NCBI GenBank assembly: GCA_005883625.1
Contig: VBDU01000080.1
Coordinates: forward strand, 41,453-105,452
Reading direction: 5' to 3'
Length of the DNA: 64,000 nt
From: Chloroflexota bacterium
GTDB taxonomy: Bacteria; Chloroflexota; Limnocylindria; P2-11E
A program made the position numbers and the translations under genes. Positions within the stretch are counted from its first letter, which is position 1. Each line of letters begins with the position of its first letter. Below the pieces are notes generated by a model, which did no database searches, was not told the origin of the DNA, and worked only from the letters and a program-made list of their open reading frames with translations. Shown here piece after piece: positions 56,483-64,000 of the stretch.

Positions 56483-57021
56483 CGCGGCGCCGGCGCGACG
56501 TCGAGCTCGACGACGCTCAGCTGCGCGGGCGCGAGGTCGATCGGGAGGCACGTGCCTTCGAGCAGCGCACGCGCCACGAACGCGTGGGTCACGAGGATCG
56601 TGTCGCCTTCGCGATCGCGCAGCTCCTCCCGCAGCGCGGTCGCGCGAGCGCGGCAGTCGCTCCAGCTCTCTCCCTCGGGCCAGCCCGCCGGGACTCCGCC
56701 GGACGCGAGGGTCGCGCCGAGGTCGGGCCAGCGGCGCGCCAGCTCCGCGAACGACAGCCCCTCGGCCGCGCCGAAATCGATCTCCCGAAGGCGCTCGTCG
56801 ACCCAGAAGGGGCCGCCGCGAGCGATCAGCGCGGCCGTCTCGACCGCGCGGCGCAGCGGGCTGGTACGCACCAACGCGCCGCCGGCGATGGACGCGAGCC
56901 GAGACCCGAGCGCCGTCGCATCCCTCCGGCCGGCGCTCGTGAGCGGCACGTCGGTGCGGCCGCAGTATCGCCGGCCCGTCCAGGCGGTGCGCGCGTGCCG
57001 CACGACGTAGAGCCGGGTCAC
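56479..57021 (-). CDS. cobC: Histidine-phosphatase-family alpha-ribazole phosphatase
   Basis: RHARTAW catalytic motif. Located in the cobalamin operon. Confidence 0.7.
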   Translation of the reverse strand: MTRLYVVRHARTAWTGRRYCGRTDVPLTSAGRRDATALGSRLASIAGGALVRTSPLRRAVETAALIARGGPFWVDERLREIDFGAAEGLSFAELARRWPDLGATLASGGVPAGWPEGESWSDCRARATALREELRDREGDTILVTHAFVARALLEGTCLPIDLAPAQLSVVELDVAPAPR

Positions 57022-57525
57022 GCGCGCGCCTTCAGTGCCAGCGCGACCCCGGCGACGATGAGCGTCACCGTCTCGGCCTCCTTTGCGACGGCCTGATTGA
57101 TCCGCCCGAGCTCGTCGCGGAATCGGCGGCCCCCGGCGCTCGCCGGCACGAGGCCGTGGCCGACCTCGTCGCTCACGACGATCACCGGCGCATCTCGCCG
57201 CCGGAGCGCCGCCGCGGCCCGTTCCCACGCGGCCCCGGGATCGGCGCCGTCCTCGAGCGATGCGGCGACCCAGAGCGTGAGCGAGTCGAGAAGGAGGACG
57301 TGATCGCCCACGGCGGCGGCGAGCGTGACCGCGATCTCGCGCTCGGCATCGAGCGTCTGCCAGGCCTGCGGCCGCCGGCGGCGGTGCGCCGCGATGCGCA
57401 TGTCGAGCTCCGGGTCGCCCGGCCACGCGGTCGCGACGAACGTCACGCGGTCACCACCCAGCGTGCGCGCGCGCTCGAGCGCGAACGCGCTCTTCCCGCT
57501 CGCCGTGCCGCCAAGGACGAGATGA
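57018..57525 (-). CDS. cobU: Adenosylcobinamide kinase/guanylyltransferase CobU; P-loop N-terminus is in a different frame from the body (frameshift in a GCGCGCGC run near 57462-57475)
   Basis: HLVLGGTASGKSAFALERA in frame +2 ends at a TGA. The frame of the body reads RTLGGDRVTFVATAWPGD... Confidence 0.65.
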
Positions 57526-57528
57526 AGC

Positions 57529-59004
57529 TCAGCCAGGTGTGGTCAGGCCGGTCGCGCGCAGCAGCGCCGCGAGGTCGACCGCTCCGCGGAACCAGCGCGC
57601 GACCTCGCCGTACGGATCGGGCGGGAGCGCGCGGGGCTGGAACGTGAGGCCGCGACGCCTCGCGAGCGTGCCGAGGATCGATTCGCGCACGCGCTCGACG
57701 CCGAACAACCCATGCACGTAGGTGCCGAGGATTCGTCCGTCGGCGCTCACCGCGCCGTCGGTCACACGTTCGCCGTCCGGCCGCACGAGCTCGGCGAACG
57801 GCGCGGCACCGTCGCGCTCGGTCTCGCCGACATGAAGCTCGTACCCGGCGAGGTCCGTCTCCGCGAGCCCCGCGAAGGCGCCGCCGCTCCGGACGCGTCC
57901 GGTGACCGGAACGGTCCGCTTCGGTCCAGCGAACGTCGTCCGTACCGGCAGGAGCCCGAGCCCGCGCGCCTCGCCTGGGCTGCCATCGACGCCGGAGGGG
58001 TCCGCGAGGGTCCGGCCGAGCATCTGGAAGCCTCCACAGATCCCGATCAGCGGCACGCCGGCATCGGCGAGCGCGACGACGCGCGGGCCGAGGCCGCTCG
58101 CGCGAAGCCACTCGAGATCGGCGAGCGTCGATTTGCTTCCCGGAAGGACGACGAGGTCCGGAGCTCCGAGCGCCGCGGGTTCGCGGACGTAGCGAACGCC
58201 AGCGCCGGCGGCGGCGAGCGCGGAGAGGTCGTCGAAGTTGCTGATCCGCGGGTAGCGGACGACGGCGACGTCGAGCGGCCCACCGTGCGCCGGCGCGTCC
58301 AGCGAGAGCGAGTCCTCGGGCGGCACCGGCAGGTCCTCGCGATAGGGCAGGACGCCAAGCACCGGCAGGCCGCTCCGCCGCCGAAGCGCGCGCACGCCGG
58401 AGGCGAAGAGCGCCCGATCGCCGCGGAACTTGTTCACGAGGAGCCCTCTGACGAGCGCGCGGTCGGAGGGACGGAGCAGCGCGAGGGTGCCGAGGACCTG
58501 CGCGAAGACGCCGCCACGCTCGATGTCGGCGACGAGCAACACCGCCGCATCGGCTGCTTTCGCCACGCGCATGTTCGCGAGATCGCTGGCCCGCAGATTG
58601 ATCTCCGCCGGGCTGCCCGCGCCCTCGATGACGATCACCTCGAACTCGGCCCGCAGCTCGCGCAGCGCCGCAGCGATCACCGGCCAGAGCTCGTTCCGCC
58701 GCGTCCAGTGATCGCGCGCGTGGACCGTTCCGCGCGCGCGGCCGAGCACGACGAGCTGGCTCCGCTCGTCGCCCTCCGGCTTGAGCAGGATCGGGTTCAT
58801 CGCGGCACGCGGGGTCACGCCCGCCGCCTCGGCCTGCGCCGCCTGCGCCCGCCCGATCTCCTCCCCGGCGGGCGTGACCGCGGCGTTCAGCGACATGTTC
58901 TGCGCCTTGAAGGGCGCGACGCGCCAGCCCTCGTCGTGGAGCACGCGACAGAGCGCGGTCGCGATGACGCTCTTGCCGACCGACGATGCCGTCCCCTGCA
59001 CCAT
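57529..59004 (-). CDS. cobQ: Cobyric acid synthase
   Basis: MVQGTASSVGKS P-loop N-terminus; C-terminal GATase domain (GICGGFQMLG). Confidence 0.85.
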   Translation of the reverse strand: MVQGTASSVGKSVIATALCRVLHDEGWRVAPFKAQNMSLNAAVTPAGEEIGRAQAAQAEAAGVTPRAAMNPILLKPEGDERSQLVVLGRARGTVHARDHWTRRNELWPVIAAALRELRAEFEVIVIEGAGSPAEINLRASDLANMRVAKAADAAVLLVADIERGGVFAQVLGTLALLRPSDRALVRGLLVNKFRGDRALFASGVRALRRRSGLPVLGVLPYREDLPVPPEDSLSLDAPAHGGPLDVAVVRYPRISNFDDLSALAAAGAGVRYVREPAALGAPDLVVLPGSKSTLADLEWLRASGLGPRVVALADAGVPLIGICGGFQMLGRTLADPSGVDGSPGEARGLGLLPVRTTFAGPKRTVPVTGRVRSGGAFAGLAETDLAGYELHVGETERDGAAPFAELVRPDGERVTDGAVSADGRILGTYVHGLFGVERVRESILGTLARRRGLTFQPRALPPDPYGEVARWFRGAVDLAALLRATGLTTPG

Positions 59005-59024
59005 CACGCAGGCGGCGAGCGCCC

Positions 59025-60045
59025 TCACGAGCGCGCCTCCGCGCGCAGGCCGGCGAGCGCCGCGACGAGGACCTCCTGCTCCCCGGGGGGCCGGACCGCG
59101 ACGCGTAGATGCTCCGGCAGACCGAAGCTCGCGCACCAGCGCACCGCGATGCGCCGGTGGGCCAGAGCGCGAACGATGCCCTCGGCACGAGACCCCGCAT
59201 GCGCGAGGACGAACGGCGCCTCGCTCGGGACCGCCTCGAGACCGTGCGCCGCGAGCGCGCGCACGAGGCGCTCGCGCCACGCGGCGATCGTCAGCCGCGC
59301 GTCCGCTCCGAGATCCCATGAGGAGACCGCGGCCGCGGCGCACGCGTGCGCGCCTGGGCTCCAGGGATCGCGATGCGCGCGCAGCGAGGCGATGCGGTCG
59401 CGCCGCGCGACCACGTAGCCCACCCGCAGACCGGGCGCGGCAAGGATCTTCGTGAGCGAACGGACGAGCATGGCGTCGCCACCCGCGATGAGGTCGGCCG
59501 CCGGGACCGACTCCCCCGCGAACGGCGCGAACGACTGGTCGATCACAAGGCGCGTCCGTGGCGGCAGCGCGGCGAGGATCGCACGCATCTCCTCGGGCGC
59601 GAGCCGCCGTCCCGTCGGGTTGTTCGGATCGCAGACGAACGCGAGGGCCCACGACCGCGACGAGAGCGCCGCGGCGAACCGCTCCACCGGCGGCACGAAG
59701 GCCGGCGCCTCGGCGCGGATCTCGGCCGTCGCGCCGCCGCGCAGCGCGACGAGGCGCGCGTACTCCCCATAGGTCGGCCCGAGCACGAGCGCTCCGCCGG
59801 CGGCCCCAGCGACGATGAGCCGGAGGGCCTCGGTCGCCCCCGCGGTGAGGAGGACGCACCCTTCCTCGACGCCGGCGTCCGCCGCGAGGTGCCGTTCGGC
59901 TTCGCGCGGATCGAGGTCGGCGTAGGCGCCGTAACCGGCGCCCGCAACGGCGTCCCGTACCGCCTGGGGGGTCCCGCACGGGTTCGGGCTCGCGCTGAGC
60001 TCGAGCCAGCCGCGCGGCGCGCCACCGTGCGCCGCCGGGACGGTC
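59025..60045 (-). CDS. cobD: L-threonine-O-3-phosphate decarboxylase (class I/II aminotransferase fold)
   Basis: PLP-lysine region LTKILAAPGLRVGY. GTGA overlap with cbiB. Confidence 0.8.
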
Positions 60046-60952
60046 ACGATCGCACCCAGCGGTAGCTCGCGAGAACGCCGACGGTCACGAGCGCCGCGGC
60101 CACCGCCACGAGGCGCCGGGCGCGCGCGATGTCGGCGGGTCGTGGGTCGCGATCGCCGCCGAAGGCGTAGTGATCGCCCTTCGCGAGGCGCACGCCGAGC
60201 GCGCCGGCCGCCGCGGCCATCGGCCAGCCCGCGTTCGGGCTCGCTGCCCGCGCGTGCTCCCGCACCGCGACTCGCCCCGCCCGCGTGGCGGCGTCGCGCG
60301 TGATCGCCGCGCCGGCGACGAGCGCGGCGGCGCTGAGCCGTGCGGGGAGGAGGTTGAGAAGATCGTCGAGCCGCGCGGCCGCCTTCCCGACGTGCTCGTA
60401 CCGACCGTGGTAGCCGACCATGGCGTCCGCGGTGTTCACCGCGCGATACGCGAGCGCCCCGGGAAGACCGGCGACGCGATAGAAGACGAGCGGCGCGACG
60501 TACGAGTCGCAGAGGTTCTCCGCCAGCGACTCGATGGCCGCGGACGCGATCTCCTGGGCGGAGAGGTCGCTCGTCGGCCGACTCACGAGCGCCACGCATT
60601 CGCGCCGCGCGGTCGCGAGATCGTCGGCGAGCAGGGCGCGTTCGACGCGCCGTCCCGCCGCGAGGAGCGCGCGCAGCGCGAACGAGCTCTTGAGCGTCCA
60701 CGCGGTCGCGAGCGCGCGGAGCGGCCCCGGTCGCAGCCTGCCGATCGCGACGCCGGCGAGCGCCGCGAACGTCGCCGGCGCGAGCGCGAGGAGCACACCG
60801 AACGACGTCGCGCGCGCCGGGTCCGCGGGCGCGAGACGCTCGAGGCCGCTGACGAGCCGTCCCATGCCAACGACCGGATGGAGCCGCGCGGGTGGCTCGC
60901 CGAAGGCAAGGTCGACGCCGAGAGCGATGGACCACGCGGCCGCGGCGCTCAC
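60044..60952 (-). CDS. cbiB: Adenosylcobinamide-phosphate synthase
   Basis: CbiB/CobD membrane-protein consensus. 4-nt overlap with the cobS stop. Confidence 0.8.
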   Translation of the reverse strand: MSAAAAWSIALGVDLAFGEPPARLHPVVGMGRLVSGLERLAPADPARATSFGVLLALAPATFAALAGVAIGRLRPGPLRALATAWTLKSSFALRALLAAGRRVERALLADDLATARRECVALVSRPTSDLSAQEIASAAIESLAENLCDSYVAPLVFYRVAGLPGALAYRAVNTADAMVGYHGRYEHVGKAAARLDDLLNLLPARLSAAALVAGAAITRDAATRAGRVAVREHARAASPNAGWPMAAAAGALGVRLAKGDHYAFGGDRDPRPADIARARRLVAVAAALVTVGVLASYRWVRS

Positions 60953-61683
60953 CGCGCGGCGAGGAACACGAGCTGCGCCGCGAACGACAGCTCGCCGGCC
61001 GCCCCGCAGACATCGCCGGTCACGCCCCCCAGACGCGAGCGCGCGAAGAGGCCGACGGCCAGCGCGACGGCCGCGGCGGCCCCGATCAGGGCGAGACCGG
61101 ATCCGAGCAGAAGCGGCAGGACGACCAGCGCGACCAGGGCGGTCGCAATGACGAGGTCGACGGGGCCGGCGGCGGCACGGAACGTCGCCGCAAGTCCCTC
61201 GCTGCGGGCGGCCGGGAACGCGACGAGCGCGACCGCCATGGCCCAGCGGGAGCTCGCGCAACCGGCGATCAGAGCGGGCGCGCGGATCGACCGCGGAATG
61301 GCGGCGAGCGAGGCGACCTCGAGCAGCAGCACGAGCGTCACCGCCGCGACCGCGAACGCCCCCGTATGGCTATCGCGCATGACCTCGAGCCGCCGCGCTC
61401 GGCCACCGCTCGCGAACAGCCCGTCGGCCGAGTCCGCGAGCCCGTCCAGATGCAGACCGCCCGAGAGGAGCGCGAGGAGACCGACGTCGAGCACCGACGC
61501 GACGGTCGGCGGGAGGGGCACGGTCGCGACCGCATCGAACGCGGCGACGATCGCCCCGAGGAGCGCTCCGACGAGCGGGAAGTACGCGACGGAGCGACCC
61601 AGCGTCGACGCTCTCGCGGTGTTGAGCGGCGACGGAATGACCGTGAGCAGACCGAGCGCGGCGAAGGGGGCGACGACCCGCAC
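60949..61683 (-). CDS. cobS: Cobalamin 5'-phosphate synthase
   Basis: Polytopic membrane protein with LDGLADSADGLF motif. Confidence 0.85.
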   Translation of the reverse strand: MRVVAPFAALGLLTVIPSPLNTARASTLGRSVAYFPLVGALLGAIVAAFDAVATVPLPPTVASVLDVGLLALLSGGLHLDGLADSADGLFASGGRARRLEVMRDSHTGAFAVAAVTLVLLLEVASLAAIPRSIRAPALIAGCASSRWAMAVALVAFPAARSEGLAATFRAAAGPVDLVIATALVALVVLPLLLGSGLALIGAAAAVALAVGLFARSRLGGVTGDVCGAAGELSFAAQLVFLAAR

Positions 61684-62244
61684 TCAGAACTCGACGCCGC
61701 GTTGGGCGACGATCCCCTGCTGGAACGGATGCTTCACCAGACGCATCTCGGTCACGAGATCGGCGCGGTCGACGATCTCCGCGGGGGCGTCCCGGCCGGT
61801 GAGGATGAGGTGCTCCTTCTCCGGCTTGGCCGCGACGAGGGCCAGGACCTGGTCGAGCGTCACGAGGTCCGCCTTGATCGCGCCCAGGATCTCGTCGAGG
61901 ACGACGACATCGAACTCACCGGAGGTGATCGCCTGTTCGGCCTCGACGAGCCCGGCCTGCGCCGCGGCCACGTGCTCCTCCATCGGGATCCGAGGATCGC
62001 GGAGGCGCTCGATCGTGAAGCCGCGCCCAGCGCGCACGATCTCGAAGAAGGGGGCCAGCGGCTTCACCGCCTCGAGCTCGCCCGTCTTCCAGCTGCCCTT
62101 GATGAACTGGATCACCCGGACGCGCATCCGGTTCCCGGCCGCGCGCAGGGCCAGGCCCATCGCCGCCGTCGTCTTCCCCTTACCGTTGCCCGTGAAGACG
62201 ATCACGAGGCCCTTCCGCTTTTTCTCGCGCGGCGCCTCCGTCAC
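61684..62244 (-). CDS. cobO: Cob(I)yrinic acid a,c-diamide adenosyltransferase
   Basis: GLVIVFTGNGKGKTTAA P-loop. GTGA overlap with the substrate-binding-protein stop. Confidence 0.85.
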   Translation of the reverse strand: MTEAPREKKRKGLVIVFTGNGKGKTTAAMGLALRAAGNRMRVRVIQFIKGSWKTGELEAVKPLAPFFEIVRAGRGFTIERLRDPRIPMEEHVAAAQAGLVEAEQAITSGEFDVVVLDEILGAIKADLVTLDQVLALVAAKPEKEHLILTGRDAPAEIVDRADLVTEMRLVKHPFQQGIVAQRGVEF

Positions 62245-63182
62245 GGCGTGCCGAACAGCTCGGGGTGGATGATCTTCGCGTAGGCCTCGAACCCGAGCAC
62301 GAGGCGCGGCCCGGGCCGGCTCACGAGGTCGTCGTCGATCGGATAGATCGCCCGGTTGCGGACCGCGGGGATCCCCGACCAGCCCGGCCGCGCGACCACC
62401 TGCTCGGGCGTCGCGCCGAAGCGGAAGTCCGCGAGCACCACGATCTCCGGGCCGCGAGCGACGACCTGCTCCGCCGAGAGCTGCGGGAACTTCGTGGGCG
62501 CGTCGGCCGCGACGTTCACGCCTCCGCACGTGGTGATGATCGAATCGATGAAGTTGCGCGGTCCCGCGACGAAGATCCGCGCCGGGTCCGTCGAGTCGAC
62601 CTCGTGCAGGACGCGCGGCTGCGAGGTCGCCTGCTTCGCCTTCGTGCCGATCGCGTCGATCCGAGCGCGCATGTCGGCGACGACCTGCATCGCCTTCTGC
62701 TCGCGATCGAACATCTGGCCGACCGCGCGGATGTTCTTGTACACGCCCTCGACGTCGGTCGGATCGAAGATGAAGAGCGGCTGCCCGAGCTGGTCGAGCT
62801 GCGCCGGCAGATTCCCCGACGTGATCGCCAGGATGAGGTCGGGCTTGAGGGCGACGATCTTCTCCGGGCTCGTGCGGACGCCGCCGAGCTTCGGTAGGGA
62901 CTTCGCTTCTGCGGGGAAATCGGAGAAGTCATCGGTGGCGACGATCCGGTCGCCGGCGCCAAGGGCGAACACGATCTCCGTGGCGCTCGGCGCGAACGAG
63001 ACCACGCGGGCGGGCGCGGCCGCGAGCGTGAGGGTCTTCCCGCGGTCGTCGGTGACCGAGAGGGGGTAATGGGCGGCGCTCGCGGTCGGGCTCGCGGGCG
63101 CGGCGGCAGGCGCGGCACAGGCACCGAGGACGAAGAGGAGGACCGCGAGCAACGCGAAGATCCGACGTGACATCTGGCGCAC
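62241..63182 (-). CDS. Periplasmic substrate-binding lipoprotein of a cobalamin/siderophore-type ABC transporter (BtuF/FecB-like)
   Basis: GTG start, lipobox LFVLGAC. Class III substrate-binding-protein fold motifs (RVVSFAPSATEIVFALG). Confidence 0.8.
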   Translation of the reverse strand: MRQMSRRIFALLAVLLFVLGACAAPAAAPASPTASAAHYPLSVTDDRGKTLTLAAAPARVVSFAPSATEIVFALGAGDRIVATDDFSDFPAEAKSLPKLGGVRTSPEKIVALKPDLILAITSGNLPAQLDQLGQPLFIFDPTDVEGVYKNIRAVGQMFDREQKAMQVVADMRARIDAIGTKAKQATSQPRVLHEVDSTDPARIFVAGPRNFIDSIITTCGGVNVAADAPTKFPQLSAEQVVARGPEIVVLADFRFGATPEQVVARPGWSGIPAVRNRAIYPIDDDLVSRPGPRLVLGFEAYAKIIHPELFGTP

Positions 63183-63194
63183 CCCTTTCTCGCG

Positions 63195-63325
63195 AAGGTG
63201 TGTCGGCCGCGAGCGGGAGAGCCAGGCGACCCGAGTTCGGACCAGCGTCCGTCACGGTGGCGCGACCCTGCCGGAGTTGCACCGGCTTCGCTGGGACCCC
63301 GCGTATTCAATTGTCGGTCGGGGGC
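63195..63325 (-). ncRNA. Cobalamin (adenosylcobalamin) riboswitch in the leader of the operon
   Basis: RNA reads ...AGCGAAGCCGGUGCAACUCCGGCAGGGUCGCGCCACCGUGACGG...GGUCCGAAC...CGCCUGG. This matches the CCGGUG-AA-UCCGG and B12-box (GCCACUG-like) consensus. The ribosome-binding site AAAGGGG precedes the GTG start. Confidence 0.65.
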
Positions 63326-63369
63326 TCCGCCCCCAGGTCGAAGGGGGCTCTGCCCCCCTCGGACCCCCC
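63320..63369. repeat. Two tandem G/C hairpin repeats (GGGGGC-TCC-GCCCCC and GGGGGC-TCT-GCCCCCC, then TCGGACCCCCC) upstream of the riboswitch
   Basis: Same unit as 13965-13992. Confidence 0.6.
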
Positions 63370-63372
63370 GCC

Positions 63373-63642
63373 TTACGCGGGGACGTGCTCCGTGGTGTAC
63401 CGGACGCTATCGGCGAGATGCGCCCCGAACACGCGCTGGAGCGTCATGACGTGCGCGCAGAGACCGGAGGTCCTGAAGTGATCGCACTCGCAGGACCACT
63501 CATCCCCGTGCAGTGAGACGGCGTGCGTGCCGTTGTCGCCGCGAAAGGCGATATCGAAGCTCTTGAGGCTGATCCGCTCGGGCTCCTCGGCATACCGCTT
63601 CGCCTTCTCGATCTTGGAGATGAGGCTCGAGTACATGAGCAT
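63373..63642 (-). CDS. Small SWIM-type zinc-finger protein (89 aa); the longer 206-aa ORF-track form is probably an over-extension
   Basis: WSCECDHFRTSGLCAHV (CxCx..CxH). Confidence 0.45.
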   Translation of the reverse strand: MLMYSSLISKIEKAKRYAEEPERISLKSFDIAFRGDNGTHAVSLHGDEWSCECDHFRTSGLCAHVMTLQRVFGAHLADSVRYTTEHVPA

Positions 63643-63718
63643 CCTCCGCACCGATTCGTGTTCCGGCTCCGCGCCGGACGAGGCCACTATATGCCGCTCG
63701 CATATCCTTGGCCCGACC

Positions 63719-64000
63719 GTGGAAAGCTCCCCTATTTCCCGCGAGATCGCCGGCCTCCTCGACTCGTACCAGCCGCTGGTCTCGTTCATGGGTGAGTACG
63801 ACCGGGCGGCGCAGAAGCCGGGCGTCGCCGACCTCACCGTCGGGAATCCGCAGGAAATGCCGCTCGCCCAGTTCGTCGCCGCGCTCCGCACGTGGATCGA
63901 GCCCAGGGCGAAGGACCACTTCGCGTACAAGATGAACGTGCCGGCCGCCCAGCGGGCCGTGATCGCGGGTCTGCGCGAGCGCCGCGGCGTCACCTACGCG
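63719..64000 (+). CDS. PLP-dependent aminotransferase (class I/II), N-terminal fragment running off the window
   Basis: Open frame without a stop: ...ADLTVGNPQEMPLAQFVAALRTWIEPRAKDHFAYKMNVPAAQRAV... Candidate GTG start at 63719. Confidence 0.5.
   Translation, partial: MESSPISREIAGLLDSYQPLVSFMGEYDRAAQKPGVADLTVGNPQEMPLAQFVAALRTWIEPRAKDHFAYKMNVPAAQRAVIAGLRERRGVTYA

Noticed and set aside
6019-63369. Reading the G/C hairpins as a CRISPR array or as intrinsic terminators.
   Set aside because: The copies are dispersed and not regularly spaced with unique spacers. They lack a 3' T-tract, and many sit inside coding sequence.
63373-63993. The full 206-aa minus-strand ORF containing the SWIM zinc finger.
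   Set aside because: The N-terminal 117 residues overlap a plus-strand frame with clear aminotransferase similarity and have biased composition. The 89-aa form from the internal Met is more plausible.
1-64000. Prophage, integron, transposon or defence-island content.
   Set aside because: No integrase, transposase, recombinase, phage structural gene or restriction/abortive-infection signature was found. The tRNA-Sec is not adjacent to an integrase.

Overview
This 64-kb window is a high-GC (about 70%+) bacterial chromosomal segment, very gene-dense. It has pervasive 4-nt start/stop overlaps (ATGA/GTGA/TTGA), many GTG/TTG starts, and high-GC frame-artefact ORFs on the non-coding strand, which I ignored. 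I found no integrase, transposase or CRISPR array.

Reading left to right:
- A partial ATP-dependent DNA ligase.
- A signalling island: GAF and PAS histidine kinases, an OmpR-type regulator, and a convergent GAF-GGDEF protein with a C-terminal T2SSE_N/MshEN-like domain.
- An anti-sigma/ECF-sigma pair.
- A split, LexA-box-flanked SOS mutagenesis cassette. It has dnaE2 carrying an in-frame TGA, an imuA-imuB-orf82 operon, and two identical TAGAAC-N4-GTTCTA operators.
- An MFS exporter.
- A tRNA-Sec gene.
- An alpha/beta-hydrolase/adenylate-cyclase fusion with a frameshift, next to a cNMP-binding-domain permease.
- Pirin and thioredoxin.
- A four-gene minus-strand module: TPR protein, SPOR/beta-propeller lipoprotein, 815-aa Zn-ribbon protein and thioredoxin.
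- A PRC-MgtE_N-CBS protein translationally coupled to an Nramp homologue with a non-canonical metal-site motif, plus a second divergent Nramp paralogue.
- A dispersed fatty-acid synthesis cluster (accB, fabF, fabZ, accC, fabD, accA, accD, birA, degV). It includes a second BCCP-like gene that lacks the biotinyl-lysine, and a CysRS with a C-terminal GT2 domain.
- thrC-thrB, an AI-2E transporter and surE.
- A cobalamin salvage/transport operon (btuF-like substrate-binding protein, cobO, cobS, cbiB, cobD, cobQ, cobU, cobC, fecCD, fecE) behind a cobalamin riboswitch. cobU is frameshifted.

Two families of short GC-rich repeats recur. One is a G5-7C/GC5-7 hairpin often followed by a C-run (about 11 or more copies, several in-frame inside genes). 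The other is a 60-75 bp element seen twice.

At least five genes look interrupted (dnaE2, the beta-propeller/Ig-repeat protein, the hydrolase-cyclase, cobU, and the epimerase start). That points either to real pseudogenisation or to indel errors in the assembly.
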